Source: Verrucomicrobiales bacterium
GTDB taxonomy: Bacteria > Verrucomicrobiota > Verrucomicrobiia > Verrucomicrobiales > V1-33
Length of the DNA stretch: 59,644 nt
NCBI GenBank assembly: GCA_031411295.1
Contig: JANOAV010000024.1
Coordinates: forward strand, 1 to 59,644
Direction of reading: 5' to 3'
The position numbers were made by a program, and so were the translations under genes. This document shows, one piece after another, positions 20,968 through 30,150 of this stretch (positions are counted from its first letter, which is position 1; each line of letters begins with the position of its first letter). A model generated the notes under the pieces. The model saw nothing but the letters and a program-made list of their open reading frames with translations. It did no database searches and was not told where the DNA came from.

Positions 20968-21429
20968 ATGGACAATCTCTCTTCTCCCGCAACGCCAGAA
21001 CCTGCCGCTCCAAAAGGAACTATCGCCAAGAAGCTGAACACGATCATCGCGGTCATCGCCATCGTGGTCGTAGGCTTGATTTACTTGGGACGAAAGACCA
21101 TGATGGGCAAGGAATACAAGGTGAGCGCAATGGAGTCGGTCAACTATTCCGGAGATGCGACCGAGGCGGATGCAAAAATCGTGGGTGAGGCCCTTCAGGC
21201 TGATGGCTATTTCTCCGGCACGAAAACGGTGGATGTGCTGCTTAAGAAAAGTGGCAAGGAAGGCACCGTGGTTTCCTTCGTTGGCGATTGGGACTGGAAG
21301 AGTGAGAAGATCGTGACGGCGTTTCAGCAGATTGGCGAGGACATTGCTGCGAAGGGTTTGGGCAAACCTTTGACGGTTAGGCTGATGGATACAAAATTGA
21401 ACACTAAGAACGACATCAAGGTGCAGTAA
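20968..21429 (+). CDS. Hypothetical membrane-anchored protein
   Basis: 153 aa, one TM helix followed by a soluble domain. Confidence 0.75.
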   Translation: MDNLSSPATPEPAAPKGTIAKKLNTIIAVIAIVVVGLIYLGRKTMMGKEYKVSAMESVNYSGDATEADAKIVGEALQADGYFSGTKTVDVLLKKSGKEGTVVSFVGDWDWKSEKIVTAFQQIGEDIAAKGLGKPLTVRLMDTKLNTKNDIKVQ

Positions 21430-21581
21430 CGTTCCGCATTTAGAAGATGGGATTCGTGGCAGACATTACTTGATTGCGGCCTTATCAATACAGCCCAGAA
21501 CAGGGTCGGGGGACGACCATCGTCACTGCTTGCGCCTCTGGCTCAAGCGCCACGAGCCTGACAAAATTGACATACCCTGCT

Positions 21582-21664
21582 GATATCAAGATGCGGAGGA
21601 AAATTATTTTCGACAGCGTCGATTTCCTCCCGATAGGTTACGTCGATATGAAGCCTCATCTTTC
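21582..21664 (+). repeat. Direct-repeat copy 2 (functional leader of the lipoprotein gene)
   Basis: Matches 20773..20862. Confidence 0.9.
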
Positions 21665-22361
21665 TTTACTTTGCCTGCTTGCGATTACTGCCTGTGACAG
21701 CAAGCACCCTCCCACTGTTCAAACGCAACCACCGGCTGCTCCGGTCGCAACTGCTCCTGCCGCAGCGGAGCCTGCATGGATCGCGGGCAATGAAATGGGA
21801 GATTGGCAGCCCCTCGAAGTAGCCAGCCAAGCCAAGACCAGCATGCAGGATGGGGTGCTGAAGCTCGGAAATGGAGACGGAGTCAGTGGGGTGCGGTATG
21901 CCGGGAAGCGGCCGATTCCGGTGGTGGATTACGAAATTTCCTGGGAGGGGATGAAGGTGGACGGGGTGGACTTCTTTGCCGCAGCCACCTTCCCCGTGCG
22001 CGATTTGAAGACCTGCGCGACGTTTATCAATGGCGGTTGGGGCGGCGGAGTTACCGGCATTTCCTGTATTGATGATATGGCCGCCAACGAGAACAACACC
22101 ACGGCGCTCGTGGATTACAAGTTGGGCCAGTGGTATAAATTCCGCGTGCAAGTTACGGCAGATTTGTTGGCGGCTTTCGTGGACGACAAAGAGATCTGCA
22201 AGGTCTCCATCAAGGACAAGAAGGTCAGTCTCCGTTACGGAGACATCGAAGGCTGCGCACCGCTTGGCTTCGCCTGCTATCAGACGAAGGGAGCGGTGCG
22301 TAATTTGCAGTTACGCAAATTGCAGCCCGGGGAATTGAAGTCCGAATTGGACACTTTCTAA
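21648..22361 (+). CDS. DUF1080-like (ConA-fold) lipoprotein
   Basis: Signal MKPHLSLLCLLAITA-C; DFFAAATFPV, GGWGGGVTGISCID, WYKFRV; start moved from 21474. Confidence 0.75.
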   Translation: MKPHLSLLCLLAITACDSKHPPTVQTQPPAAPVATAPAAAEPAWIAGNEMGDWQPLEVASQAKTSMQDGVLKLGNGDGVSGVRYAGKRPIPVVDYEISWEGMKVDGVDFFAAATFPVRDLKTCATFINGGWGGGVTGISCIDDMAANENNTTALVDYKLGQWYKFRVQVTADLLAAFVDDKEICKVSIKDKKVSLRYGDIEGCAPLGFACYQTKGAVRNLQLRKLQPGELKSELDTF

Positions 22362-22362
22362 C

Positions 22363-23166
22363 ATGAGTTCTGACTTGCTGTCGGTCCACGGTCTGAGCGT
22401 AACCCGCGGAGGCACCACGGTTTTGCGAAAGGTGACGTGGAGCATGAAACCTGGTGAACGCTGGGTCATCATGGGCGCCAATGGATCGGGGAAGACCTCG
22501 CTGCTAAGCGTGCTGACTGGTCTGCTCGTGCCGACCGAAGGAGCCGTCCAGGTCCTTGGGCAGGTTTACGGAGAGGACGATTGGAGCCATCTTAAAACAA
22601 TTGTTAGCTTGGTTAGTTCCAGCCTGCGGCAAATGGTGCAGGAGCATGAGACGGCCTTGGAGGTGATCGGCAGCGGGCGTTATGGCCAAGTTAATTTCTG
22701 GGGGAAATTCACTCCGGCAGATATCGCAGCCGCCCACAAGATGGCGCGACTCGTGCGGGCCGAACCGATCCTGCATCGCCCGTGGGCCGTGCTGTCCCAA
22801 GGCGAGCGGCAACGGGTGTTGATTGGGCGGGCCTTGATCGCGAAACCTCAGTTACTCATTCTCGATGAACCCTGCGCGGGCTTGGATCCGGCGGCCCGGG
22901 AGCAGTTCCTCATTTTCTTGGATCACCTGGCCAGTCAGTCGGGAGGCCCAGCAATTATTCTCGTCACGCATCACGTGGAGGAAATCACGCCAGCATTTAC
23001 CCATGTGCTGGGATTGAAGGCGGGACGCGTCCTGGTGGCAGACCGCAAGGAAATCGCGCTGCAAAGCGATGTGCTCAGCCGATTGTTCTCCGCGCCTGTG
23101 GAGGTGTTAACAAAGGATGGACACTACGAACTCAAGGTAGCCGCTCGACGTGGTCGCGCGATGTAA
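22363..23166 (+). CDS. ABC ATP-binding protein (ModF-like)
   Basis: GANGSGKT, LSQGERQRV, ILDEP, VTHH. Confidence 0.92.
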   Translation: MSSDLLSVHGLSVTRGGTTVLRKVTWSMKPGERWVIMGANGSGKTSLLSVLTGLLVPTEGAVQVLGQVYGEDDWSHLKTIVSLVSSSLRQMVQEHETALEVIGSGRYGQVNFWGKFTPADIAAAHKMARLVRAEPILHRPWAVLSQGERQRVLIGRALIAKPQLLILDEPCAGLDPAAREQFLIFLDHLASQSGGPAIILVTHHVEEITPAFTHVLGLKAGRVLVADRKEIALQSDVLSRLFSAPVEVLTKDGHYELKVAARRGRAM

Positions 23167-23167
23167 C

Positions 23168-24199
23168 TCACTCCGCCCGGACCGCCCAGCGGAGTTTGGC
23201 GCTGCTGGCGCGTGGATTGCGGAAGATTTCCTCGGCGGTGGGTTGCTGCATTTCACCGCTGATGGCACTGTAAATGCCGGCCTGCCAACCCGCCGCAAAG
23301 GCTTTCTTCACGCGACGGTCTTCGCCCGAATGAAATGAGAGGATGGCCACGCGTCCGCCAGGCAGCAATAAATCCGGCAACACCCGCAGCAAGGAATCCA
23401 GCGCGCTAAACTCCTCGTTCACCGCGATTCGCAACGCCTGAAAAACGCGTCGCACCGTGCCTTCTTTATCTTCGCTAGTGGTGAGTCGTTCCACTTCCCG
23501 GGCCAGGCCCAGCGTCGTTTCGAAGCGCTTTCCGGCCAGATCGGCGGCCAACCATTCGGCGGCGGGTTCGTCTGCGTTGTCGCTAAGGATGCGCGCCAAC
23601 TTCTCCACCGAAACGCTGGCCAGGAAATCACTGGCGGACTTTCCCCGCTCCGGGTTCATGCGCATATCCAACGGTCCTTCATGCTTAAACGAGAAGCCCC
23701 GGGCAGGGTTATCGATCTGCATCGACGAGAGGCCCAGATCCGCCAGGATGGCATTTACGCCCACGATCCCCAGGGTGCCCAGCACTTTGGGTGCGCCGGC
23801 AAAATTGCTTTTCACGGCCGTAAATTGAGGTTCCACGAAGCCGAGTTTTTGCATCCGCTCCACGGTGATCGGCAACTGCAACGGATCTGCATCCAACGCG
23901 ATCACTCGTCCCTCGGGCCCCAGGGTTTCCAGCAGCGTCTGGCTGTGGCCGCCATAGCCTAAGGTGCAGTCCAGCACCACTTCCCCCGAAGATAATTCCA
24001 GCGCCGCCAGGATCTCATCCACCATAATGGGTCGATGCGTTCCGGCTGCGGTCTTGCCTCCGGCCTGGACTTTGGCGAGCGTTTCTTCATCGCCTTGATG
24101 CTCCTTGTATTTGAGATCCCACTTCTGGGGATTCTTGCCGGAGTAACGTTTGCGACGGGGTGGACGCGGAGGAGTGGGGGCTTCGGGGGTGTCGGACAT
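23168..24199 (-). CDS. rsmH: 16S rRNA m4C1402 methyltransferase RsmH/MraW family
   Basis: DCTLGYGGHS, DLGLSSMQ, RGFSF, PLDMRM, FQALRIAVN, SFHSGEDR, NPRASSAKLR. Confidence 0.92.
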   Translation of the reverse strand: MSDTPEAPTPPRPPRRKRYSGKNPQKWDLKYKEHQGDEETLAKVQAGGKTAAGTHRPIMVDEILAALELSSGEVVLDCTLGYGGHSQTLLETLGPEGRVIALDADPLQLPITVERMQKLGFVEPQFTAVKSNFAGAPKVLGTLGIVGVNAILADLGLSSMQIDNPARGFSFKHEGPLDMRMNPERGKSASDFLASVSVEKLARILSDNADEPAAEWLAADLAGKRFETTLGLAREVERLTTSEDKEGTVRRVFQALRIAVNEEFSALDSLLRVLPDLLLPGGRVAILSFHSGEDRRVKKAFAAGWQAGIYSAISGEMQQPTAEEIFRNPRASSAKLRWAVRAE

Positions 24200-24202
24200 G
24201 GA

Positions 24203-24547
24203 TTAAAGTTCGTTGTATTTCAGGTTGGATCCCCGGGCCTTTTCGGCGGGATATCGTTGTTCGTTGCGATCCAGTTTAGCGGCCATTTCTTGCGCCAAAT
24301 CCAGCTTCAAATTGGCCGCCAACTCGAAGAGGAGGATCCCCACATCGGCAATCTCGTCAGCGATGGCGTCTCGCTTAGTTTCGCCAATGCGCCAGGACTC
24401 TTCGGGGGATTTCCACACGAAATGCTGCATCAATTCCCCCGCCTCCGCCGCAATGGCCACGGCCATGTCTTTGGGGCTGTGAAATTGCAGCCAATCCCGC
24501 GCATCGCGAAATTGGCGAATCCGTTCAGTTAGTGTTTCTATCGTCAT
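24203..24547 (-). CDS. MazG-like nucleotide pyrophosphohydrolase
   Basis: RDWLQFHSPKD, EAGEL, DEIADV, KLDRNEQRYP. Confidence 0.9.
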   Translation of the reverse strand: MTIETLTERIRQFRDARDWLQFHSPKDMAVAIAAEAGELMQHFVWKSPEESWRIGETKRDAIADEIADVGILLFELAANLKLDLAQEMAAKLDRNEQRYPAEKARGSNLKYNEL

Positions 24548-24674
24548 TTGCCATCCAACACCAGTTTTGCGGCGGTGTCCATTGCTTTACCGCCACTGAT
24601 GTCGATGCATGTGTCGCGTCGATCCCCACTTGGCAACTTCTCCATCATCACTTAGAGGAGATTGCCACTGCCTC

Positions 24675-26960
24675 ATGTCTCAAGATTTCCTATTCGATCT
24701 CCCACCCCGCCGCAGCGATGCCCAGGTTACCACCGGCAACGCTGCGCTGGTTTCGATTGATGGGGGCGAACAGAGTTTCGACTACGCCATTCCCGCAGAA
24801 CTGGAGGCCAAGGTGGCGGAAGGGTCGCGTGTTAGGATCCCGCTGCGGGATAAGTTGACGACTGGCACGGTGCTCGAAGTGCGTCCCGCCAGTCAGGCCG
24901 GATACAAGCACTTACGATCGCTGCACAGCGTCATTTCAGAACGCCCCACGCTGAATGCGAAGCTGCTGGAGTTGGGACGCTGGATGGCCGATTACTATTG
25001 CGCCACCAAGGATTCCGTCATGCGAGCCATGCTGCCAGTGGCGGTGCGGGCGAACGTCAATAAACCGAAGGAAATCAACTTCGTGCGGCTCCTGCGGGAA
25101 CCCACCGAGGAGGAAATGGCAGCCTTGGAGAAGAGCGCCAAGCGCCAGCACGAACTCGTGCTCCAATTGCAAGAGGCGGATGTGCCGCTGCCGCAATCTG
25201 AGCTAAATGATAGCGCACTGAAGGCGCTGCTGAAGAAATTTCCCGAAACCCCTCTGTTGTCGGTGGAAACCGGCCAAGTGGAGCGCGATCCTTATGGCGA
25301 GGACGAATTCATCGCCACCACTCCCCTCCCCTTGAATGAAGAGCAGGAGAAGGTGATGGAAATCGTGCTCCACGCGGTGGCTAATCCCACGACCACCAAG
25401 CCGATTCTCCTGCTGGGCGTGACCGGCAGTGGCAAAACCGAAGTTTATTTACAAGCCGCGCAACGCACGTTGGACATGGGCAAGAGCGTGTTGGTCTTAG
25501 TGCCGGAAATTAGCCTAACCCCACAGACGGTGGATCGTTTCAAGAGTCGCTTCTCCAATATCCAGAAGCAGGTGGCCGTGCTGCATAGCGGCCTGAAGGA
25601 AGGCGAGCGCTTCGATGAATGGCACAAAATTGCGACCCGCCAGTGTCGTATTGTGATCGGTGCGCGGAGTGCCATTTTTGCTCCGCTCGAAGAGTTAGGA
25701 TTGATTTTGGTGGATGAAGAGCACGAGAATTCCTATAAGCAGGACTCGCCTCCACGCTATCAAGGGCGGGACGTGGCGGTCATGCGCGCGAAGATTGAAG
25801 GATGCCCGATTGTGCTAGGAAGCGCCACGCCCAGCCTGGAATCATTTCACAACACCCAGCGGGGGAAATATCAGTTGGTGGAAATGAAGCAACGGGCGGA
25901 CAATTGCACCCTGCCGTTAGTCCGCGTCATTGATATGAAACTGGAAGGCGGCAAAGGTAAGCATCAGGGCCCCTCGATCATCAGTGAACGGCTGCGGATG
26001 GCGATTGATCAGCGATTGCAGAAAAGTCAGCAGGTAATCCTGTTCCTGAACCGACGCGGCTATGCCAAGAGTGTCACCTGCCAATCCTGCGCGCATGTGG
26101 TCATGTGTGAACACTGTAGCACGGCTCTGCGACTGCATCGGGACGAAAAAGTGCTGATCTGTCACATCTGCGGATTCCGCAAAAAATCGCCCCGCAAATG
26201 TCCTGCGTGTGGGGACCCGACCATCTTCTACGCTGGCTTCGGGACGCAACGGGTGGAAGAAACGTTGCTGAAAATTTTCCCCAAAGTCCGCATGGCCCGC
26301 GTGGACGCAGATTCCATGGGACCATCCAACAAACTGCGCGATACGCTGAATGCGTTCAAAGCTAACAAACTCGATCTACTGATCGGGACGCAGATGATTG
26401 CCAAGGGGCTGCATTTCCCTAACGTGACCTTGGTGGGCATTCTCAACGCGGATTTGGCGCTTCATATTCCTGATTTTCGTGCAGGCGAACGCACCTTTCA
26501 ATTGCTCACCCAGGTGGCTGGTCGAGCTGGACGCGGGGAAATGGCAGGCGAAGTCATCATCCAAACGTTCACCCCACAAAGCCCCAGCGTGCAGTTCGCT
26601 CGGCACCATGACTTCGACGGCTTCGCGAGCCAGGAACTGACCATGCGACGGGATTGCGGACATCCGCCCTACAGCCACGCGGTGTTATTGAGTGTGCGGA
26701 GCGAGAACCAGGAAATGGCGAAGTTCGTGATCGAATCGCTCGCAGAAACCCTGTCCACCAAGCTTCCGGAAGGCGTGATGATGGGCGATCCCAATCCCTC
26801 TCCGCTGGAACGCACTCACAACCAATGGCGTTTCCAGTTACTCTTCCGGGCGCGCACCGTCAAGGAGATCACCTCCTATCTGCGGCCCATCCTCGCCAAG
26901 GAACGACCCAAGAACGAAGTCATCCTAACGTTGGATGTGGATCCGGTGAATTTCATGTAA
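24675..26960 (+). CDS. priA: Primosomal protein N'
   Basis: GVTGSGKTEVY, VPEISLTPQ, DEEHE, NRRG, Zn-binding CxxC motifs, GTQMIAKG, QVAGRAGR, DVDP. Confidence 0.97.
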   Translation: MSQDFLFDLPPRRSDAQVTTGNAALVSIDGGEQSFDYAIPAELEAKVAEGSRVRIPLRDKLTTGTVLEVRPASQAGYKHLRSLHSVISERPTLNAKLLELGRWMADYYCATKDSVMRAMLPVAVRANVNKPKEINFVRLLREPTEEEMAALEKSAKRQHELVLQLQEADVPLPQSELNDSALKALLKKFPETPLLSVETGQVERDPYGEDEFIATTPLPLNEEQEKVMEIVLHAVANPTTTKPILLLGVTGSGKTEVYLQAAQRTLDMGKSVLVLVPEISLTPQTVDRFKSRFSNIQKQVAVLHSGLKEGERFDEWHKIATRQCRIVIGARSAIFAPLEELGLILVDEEHENSYKQDSPPRYQGRDVAVMRAKIEGCPIVLGSATPSLESFHNTQRGKYQLVEMKQRADNCTLPLVRVIDMKLEGGKGKHQGPSIISERLRMAIDQRLQKSQQVILFLNRRGYAKSVTCQSCAHVVMCEHCSTALRLHRDEKVLICHICGFRKKSPRKCPACGDPTIFYAGFGTQRVEETLLKIFPKVRMARVDADSMGPSNKLRDTLNAFKANKLDLLIGTQMIAKGLHFPNVTLVGILNADLALHIPDFRAGERTFQLLTQVAGRAGRGEMAGEVIIQTFTPQSPSVQFARHHDFDGFASQELTMRRDCGHPPYSHAVLLSVRSENQEMAKFVIESLAETLSTKLPEGVMMGDPNPSPLERTHNQWRFQLLFRARTVKEITSYLRPILAKERPKNEVILTLDVDPVNFM

Positions 26961-27031
26961 AGCCAAAGGGTATCCGTGGTTGCTTATGAAAAAGGCTTTG
27001 GAGGATTCCGCAGACTGACGAGAATGCCCCC

Positions 27032-28033
27032 ATGAAAATCTTTTATTTATTGGGCGCGCTGGTGCTGGCAGCAGTGGGGTGGAGCCTTGTTAGGAATAGT
27101 AACGCAAACCTGGCGGATCACCAATACCGGATGAAAGGGGACTTCGCAGGACCGGAAGATCTCAGCGGACTGGCCTCGCTGGATGGGCTGAACGGTGTCA
27201 TCGTGAGCGACGAGCCACGCTGCGCTCAGGCGATCATAATTGATCCGGCAAAACACACGATCACGGCGGGGGCACGACTGCCGTTGTTTACCGTGGATGG
27301 AGTCGTAGAAGCGGATCTAGAGGCGGTGGCTGCGGACGAGGTGAATCATTGCTACTACGCTATCGGCTCCCATGGCGCGAGTAAGAAGAAGGGGGAGTTC
27401 CAAGACGATCGCTGCCATATTTTCCGGATTCCCGCAGAAGCCAAATCCGGCGTGCCCATGGCTAAGGGTATTGCCACGGGATCGCTGCTACCGTGGTTGG
27501 CAACCCAGCCGACGTTTAAGGGATCCCTCCAGAAACCCTTGCAACAACGGGGCTTCAATATCGAGGGCTTGGCCTGCAAGGCTGGCAAGCTCTACATCGG
27601 CGTGAGAGGGCCGAATGTGAATGGTCACACCTTTGTGATTGAGATGGCCCCGGAACCCTTGTTCAACAATCAACTGCCGACCAGCAAAATTCATGAGTTG
27701 CCCGTAGGTGCAGGCCAGGGGATTCGGGAAATTGCTGCGCTACCCGATGGATTTCTGGTGCTGACGGGAAATGCCGGCAGCGAACCATCGAAGCATTTTC
27801 CGGAGTCGCTGGATCATGCCGAGAAGAACCCCTCCGCCCTCTGGTGGTGGCGCCCGGGCACCGATAAATCTCTCACCAAACTTCTGGTCCTCCCCAAGCA
27901 CGAAGGTAAAGCAGAAGGTATCCTAGTGACCAAGGCAGACGCCGCGCAGGTGGAGGTAATCGTCATTTTTGACAGTGGAGAACTGGGTGCCCCGCTGACG
28001 TTAGTGGTGCCGCTCCAGGAAGCTGCCAACTGA
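27032..28033 (+). CDS. DUF3616-like exported protein
   Basis: Signal peptide; DLSG, VSDE, DLEA, GSH, FNIEGLA, G.RGP, GIR and KAEG motifs. Confidence 0.8.
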   Translation: MKIFYLLGALVLAAVGWSLVRNSNANLADHQYRMKGDFAGPEDLSGLASLDGLNGVIVSDEPRCAQAIIIDPAKHTITAGARLPLFTVDGVVEADLEAVAADEVNHCYYAIGSHGASKKKGEFQDDRCHIFRIPAEAKSGVPMAKGIATGSLLPWLATQPTFKGSLQKPLQQRGFNIEGLACKAGKLYIGVRGPNVNGHTFVIEMAPEPLFNNQLPTSKIHELPVGAGQGIREIAALPDGFLVLTGNAGSEPSKHFPESLDHAEKNPSALWWWRPGTDKSLTKLLVLPKHEGKAEGILVTKADAAQVEVIVIFDSGELGAPLTLVVPLQEAAN

Positions 28034-28121
28034 GGAAACTTGTCTGCTAGTCTTGAGCATAGCACCGGGCTCCGCCCCGCGATATCAGCCAGTGGCCGAA
28101 TACGTATAGCCAAACCCACCG

Positions 28122-28694
28122 CTAACGATTGAGTAAAATAGAGCGCACACGAGGCAGGGCTCGATTAAAGGCCTCGCGCAGTTCGGGGATGTCCGGCATC
28201 CTGACATTTGCAAAAGCGGGCTCCATTTGCTCCGGGGTGATTTCGTCGTGCTGGACCATGAATGCAATGTCCTCCATATCCTGCGGGTCATCTCCGCGCA
28301 TCATTTTTGTCAGGATGAGATCAATGGTATGCGGTCGATAGAGCTTGAGCCACCGGGTCGCAGGTCGGACTATTGGCAGAATGTATTGCTCCCAATCTGG
28401 GCGAAGGAACACTTGGTCTTCTTGGAAGAGATGAGTGATATAGAGTCCTTTTGGTTCCAATGTTTGATTGGTTCGATCCACCGCATTCCAGAAGGCTTCA
28501 TCTTCGACCAATTCATCGAGTTGGCTCATGCGAATGATGCCGTCAACATCCTGTGTTGTGCGGAAAATTTCAGGACTATGCTCGAACCCCAGACTCAAGC
28601 CGCCACGACCATAGAGCACCAAGGCTACTTCATGGTCCAGTTCGGCATCCAAGGTCAGAATCACCTCAGACGGATTATCCAAGTCTGTGCTCAT
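28122..28694 (-). CDS. Nucleotidyltransferase-fold protein (DUF6036/AbiEii-like)
   Basis: LYGRGGL...RTTQDVD, DLILTKM..D.QD motifs; ATG overlaps upstream stop (ATGA). Confidence 0.7.
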   Translation of the reverse strand: MSTDLDNPSEVILTLDAELDHEVALVLYGRGGLSLGFEHSPEIFRTTQDVDGIIRMSQLDELVEDEAFWNAVDRTNQTLEPKGLYITHLFQEDQVFLRPDWEQYILPIVRPATRWLKLYRPHTIDLILTKMMRGDDPQDMEDIAFMVQHDEITPEQMEPAFANVRMPDIPELREAFNRALPRVRSILLNR

Positions 28695-29266
28695 GCCGAT
28701 TTGGAGTGAGGTCTTATCCACTGCATCACAGTTTCCTTGCCACGTCGAGTAATGCCCGTCATGGCCACGAAGCGGCTCAAGTGTGGCAGCAGATCTGGCT
28801 TGTAGATTTGCGTCTTGGGCAGGCCGGATAGAAGTTGTTGCCAGAAGGGATTCTGCGGCTCCACCCGTTGTCCGCAGGTAGCGATATGGAATACGACTGA
28901 GTCACAGCGTTCCAGTGCTGCCAGGCGCGCCAGCCGCTGGGGGGATAAATTTTCTGCAGCTAGCATGGCAGCCCCCATTCGCAGTCGATGCTGAGAAAAG
29001 GGCAGCGATAGGGATAGCAAAGCAATCGCAAGTTCCTCGGTTGAGAGCGATTCCTCGCTGACTCGCGGTTCCTCCATATCAGCTAGGTGGCAGTCTTCAC
29101 GCAATTTATTGGCATCCGCAGGATTTCCGTAATATCGCAACCCCCGCCGCACTGCCAAACGCTCCAGATCCTCCGGAGTGTGCAGCCCCAAGCGCGCGGC
29201 TTTCATAAGCAGCGGGGAGAGGTGGGCCGTGGTGCCCAGACGTTTTGCGAGCGTTTCTTGTTTCAC
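28691..29266 (-). CDS. Hypothetical protein, putative antitoxin/partner of the nucleotidyltransferase
   Basis: 191-aa ORF, translationally coupled to the downstream gene. Confidence 0.65.
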   Translation of the reverse strand: MKQETLAKRLGTTAHLSPLLMKAARLGLHTPEDLERLAVRRGLRYYGNPADANKLREDCHLADMEEPRVSEESLSTEELAIALLSLSLPFSQHRLRMGAAMLAAENLSPQRLARLAALERCDSVVFHIATCGQRVEPQNPFWQQLLSGLPKTQIYKPDLLPHLSRFVAMTGITRRGKETVMQWIRPHSKSA

Positions 29267-29454
29267 TTTGAGAGAAATCTAGTCGATAGCGGGGGCGTTT
29301 GCAAGAATGACATCCCGCGTTCTGGGCCGTATCCGAGTCGGAGTGAATTTCAAAGATAGAGCAGCCACGAATCTCACGAATTGACACGAATAATCATGGC
29401 GATTCGGGTTGATCTGAGCGATCAAAAGTTGCGGGAAAACCACCATTTCACATC

Positions 29455-29614
29455 GCAGAACTGGTCCGGAAATCTTCACCAGCCACTGGCCCCAGGCAGA
29501 ACGAGTGTCGGGCGGAGCAGCAGGCGCGGTGTCAGTGGCAGATAATTTCGGCCTCGCCCCGAGACAAGCCCCGCTTAGAGCGGCTAGTGTGAAGAATTGG
29601 CGTCGATTGGACAT
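29455..29614 (-). pseudogene. 5' fragment of a Tat-exported protein (DUF2264-like start)
   Basis: MSNRRQFFTLAALSGA Tat signal, then DTRSAWGQWLVKISGPVL; afterwards the frame looks non-coding. Confidence 0.45.
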
Positions 29615-29894
29615 CGCGAATTGTAGCGCAGGGATTGCGGGTAGCAGCGGGAATGGCATTGTCCATTTTTCATCGTTGACCGTGGGCGGGCCGCTTTACT
29701 TGGCACGGGGAAATGTAACCACAGAGATCTCAGAGAGCGCAGAGATTCGGACATGGGCAGGGTTCATTGGATGCAGCCGACGTGAGGAGGTTGGCTCAGC
29801 AAGGGATGAGTTCTTGTGGTTCATCTCGATCACCTCCATACCGGATGGGTGTTCCTTGAAAGGAAGAACGCCCCTTCACGGCGTGGTTGATTAC

Positions 29895-30003
29895 AGCAAA
29901 GAATGTTGGTGTATAGCCTTTAGGCGAACGGAAAATGAGAAGGCAAGCCAAGCTGCTGCGCAAATGCCTGTCGGCTAAAGCCTATACACCAACGTCCTTT
30001 GCT
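29895..30003. repeat. 33-bp imperfect inverted repeat with 43-nt spacer (REPIN/MITE-like)
   Basis: Arms 29895-29927 and 29971-30003; 29/33 complementary. Confidence 0.85.
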
Positions 30004-30150
30004 TACCTGAACGTGGGGGGATCAACAATCTGACCTCACGACGCAAAATCTCCAACTAAAAACGCAAAATCGCCTTCTATTAGGGTGTGGCTTTCCGCTA
30101 TGGTCACACTGATCTCTCAAATTTCCTCAATTCGATCTTGTCATCCCCTT

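Noticed and set aside
21474..21647. N-terminal extension of the lipoprotein ORF
   Set aside because: The lipoprotein signal starts at 21648; the extension runs through the duplicated leader
29505..29978. 157-aa plus-strand ORF
   Set aside because: Crosses repeats and stems and is antisense to the Tat fragment; likely spurious
30040..30062. GACGCAAAATCTCC resembling part of a c-di-GMP-I riboswitch
   Set aside because: The upstream GNRA-capped stem and GCAAAC element are not present
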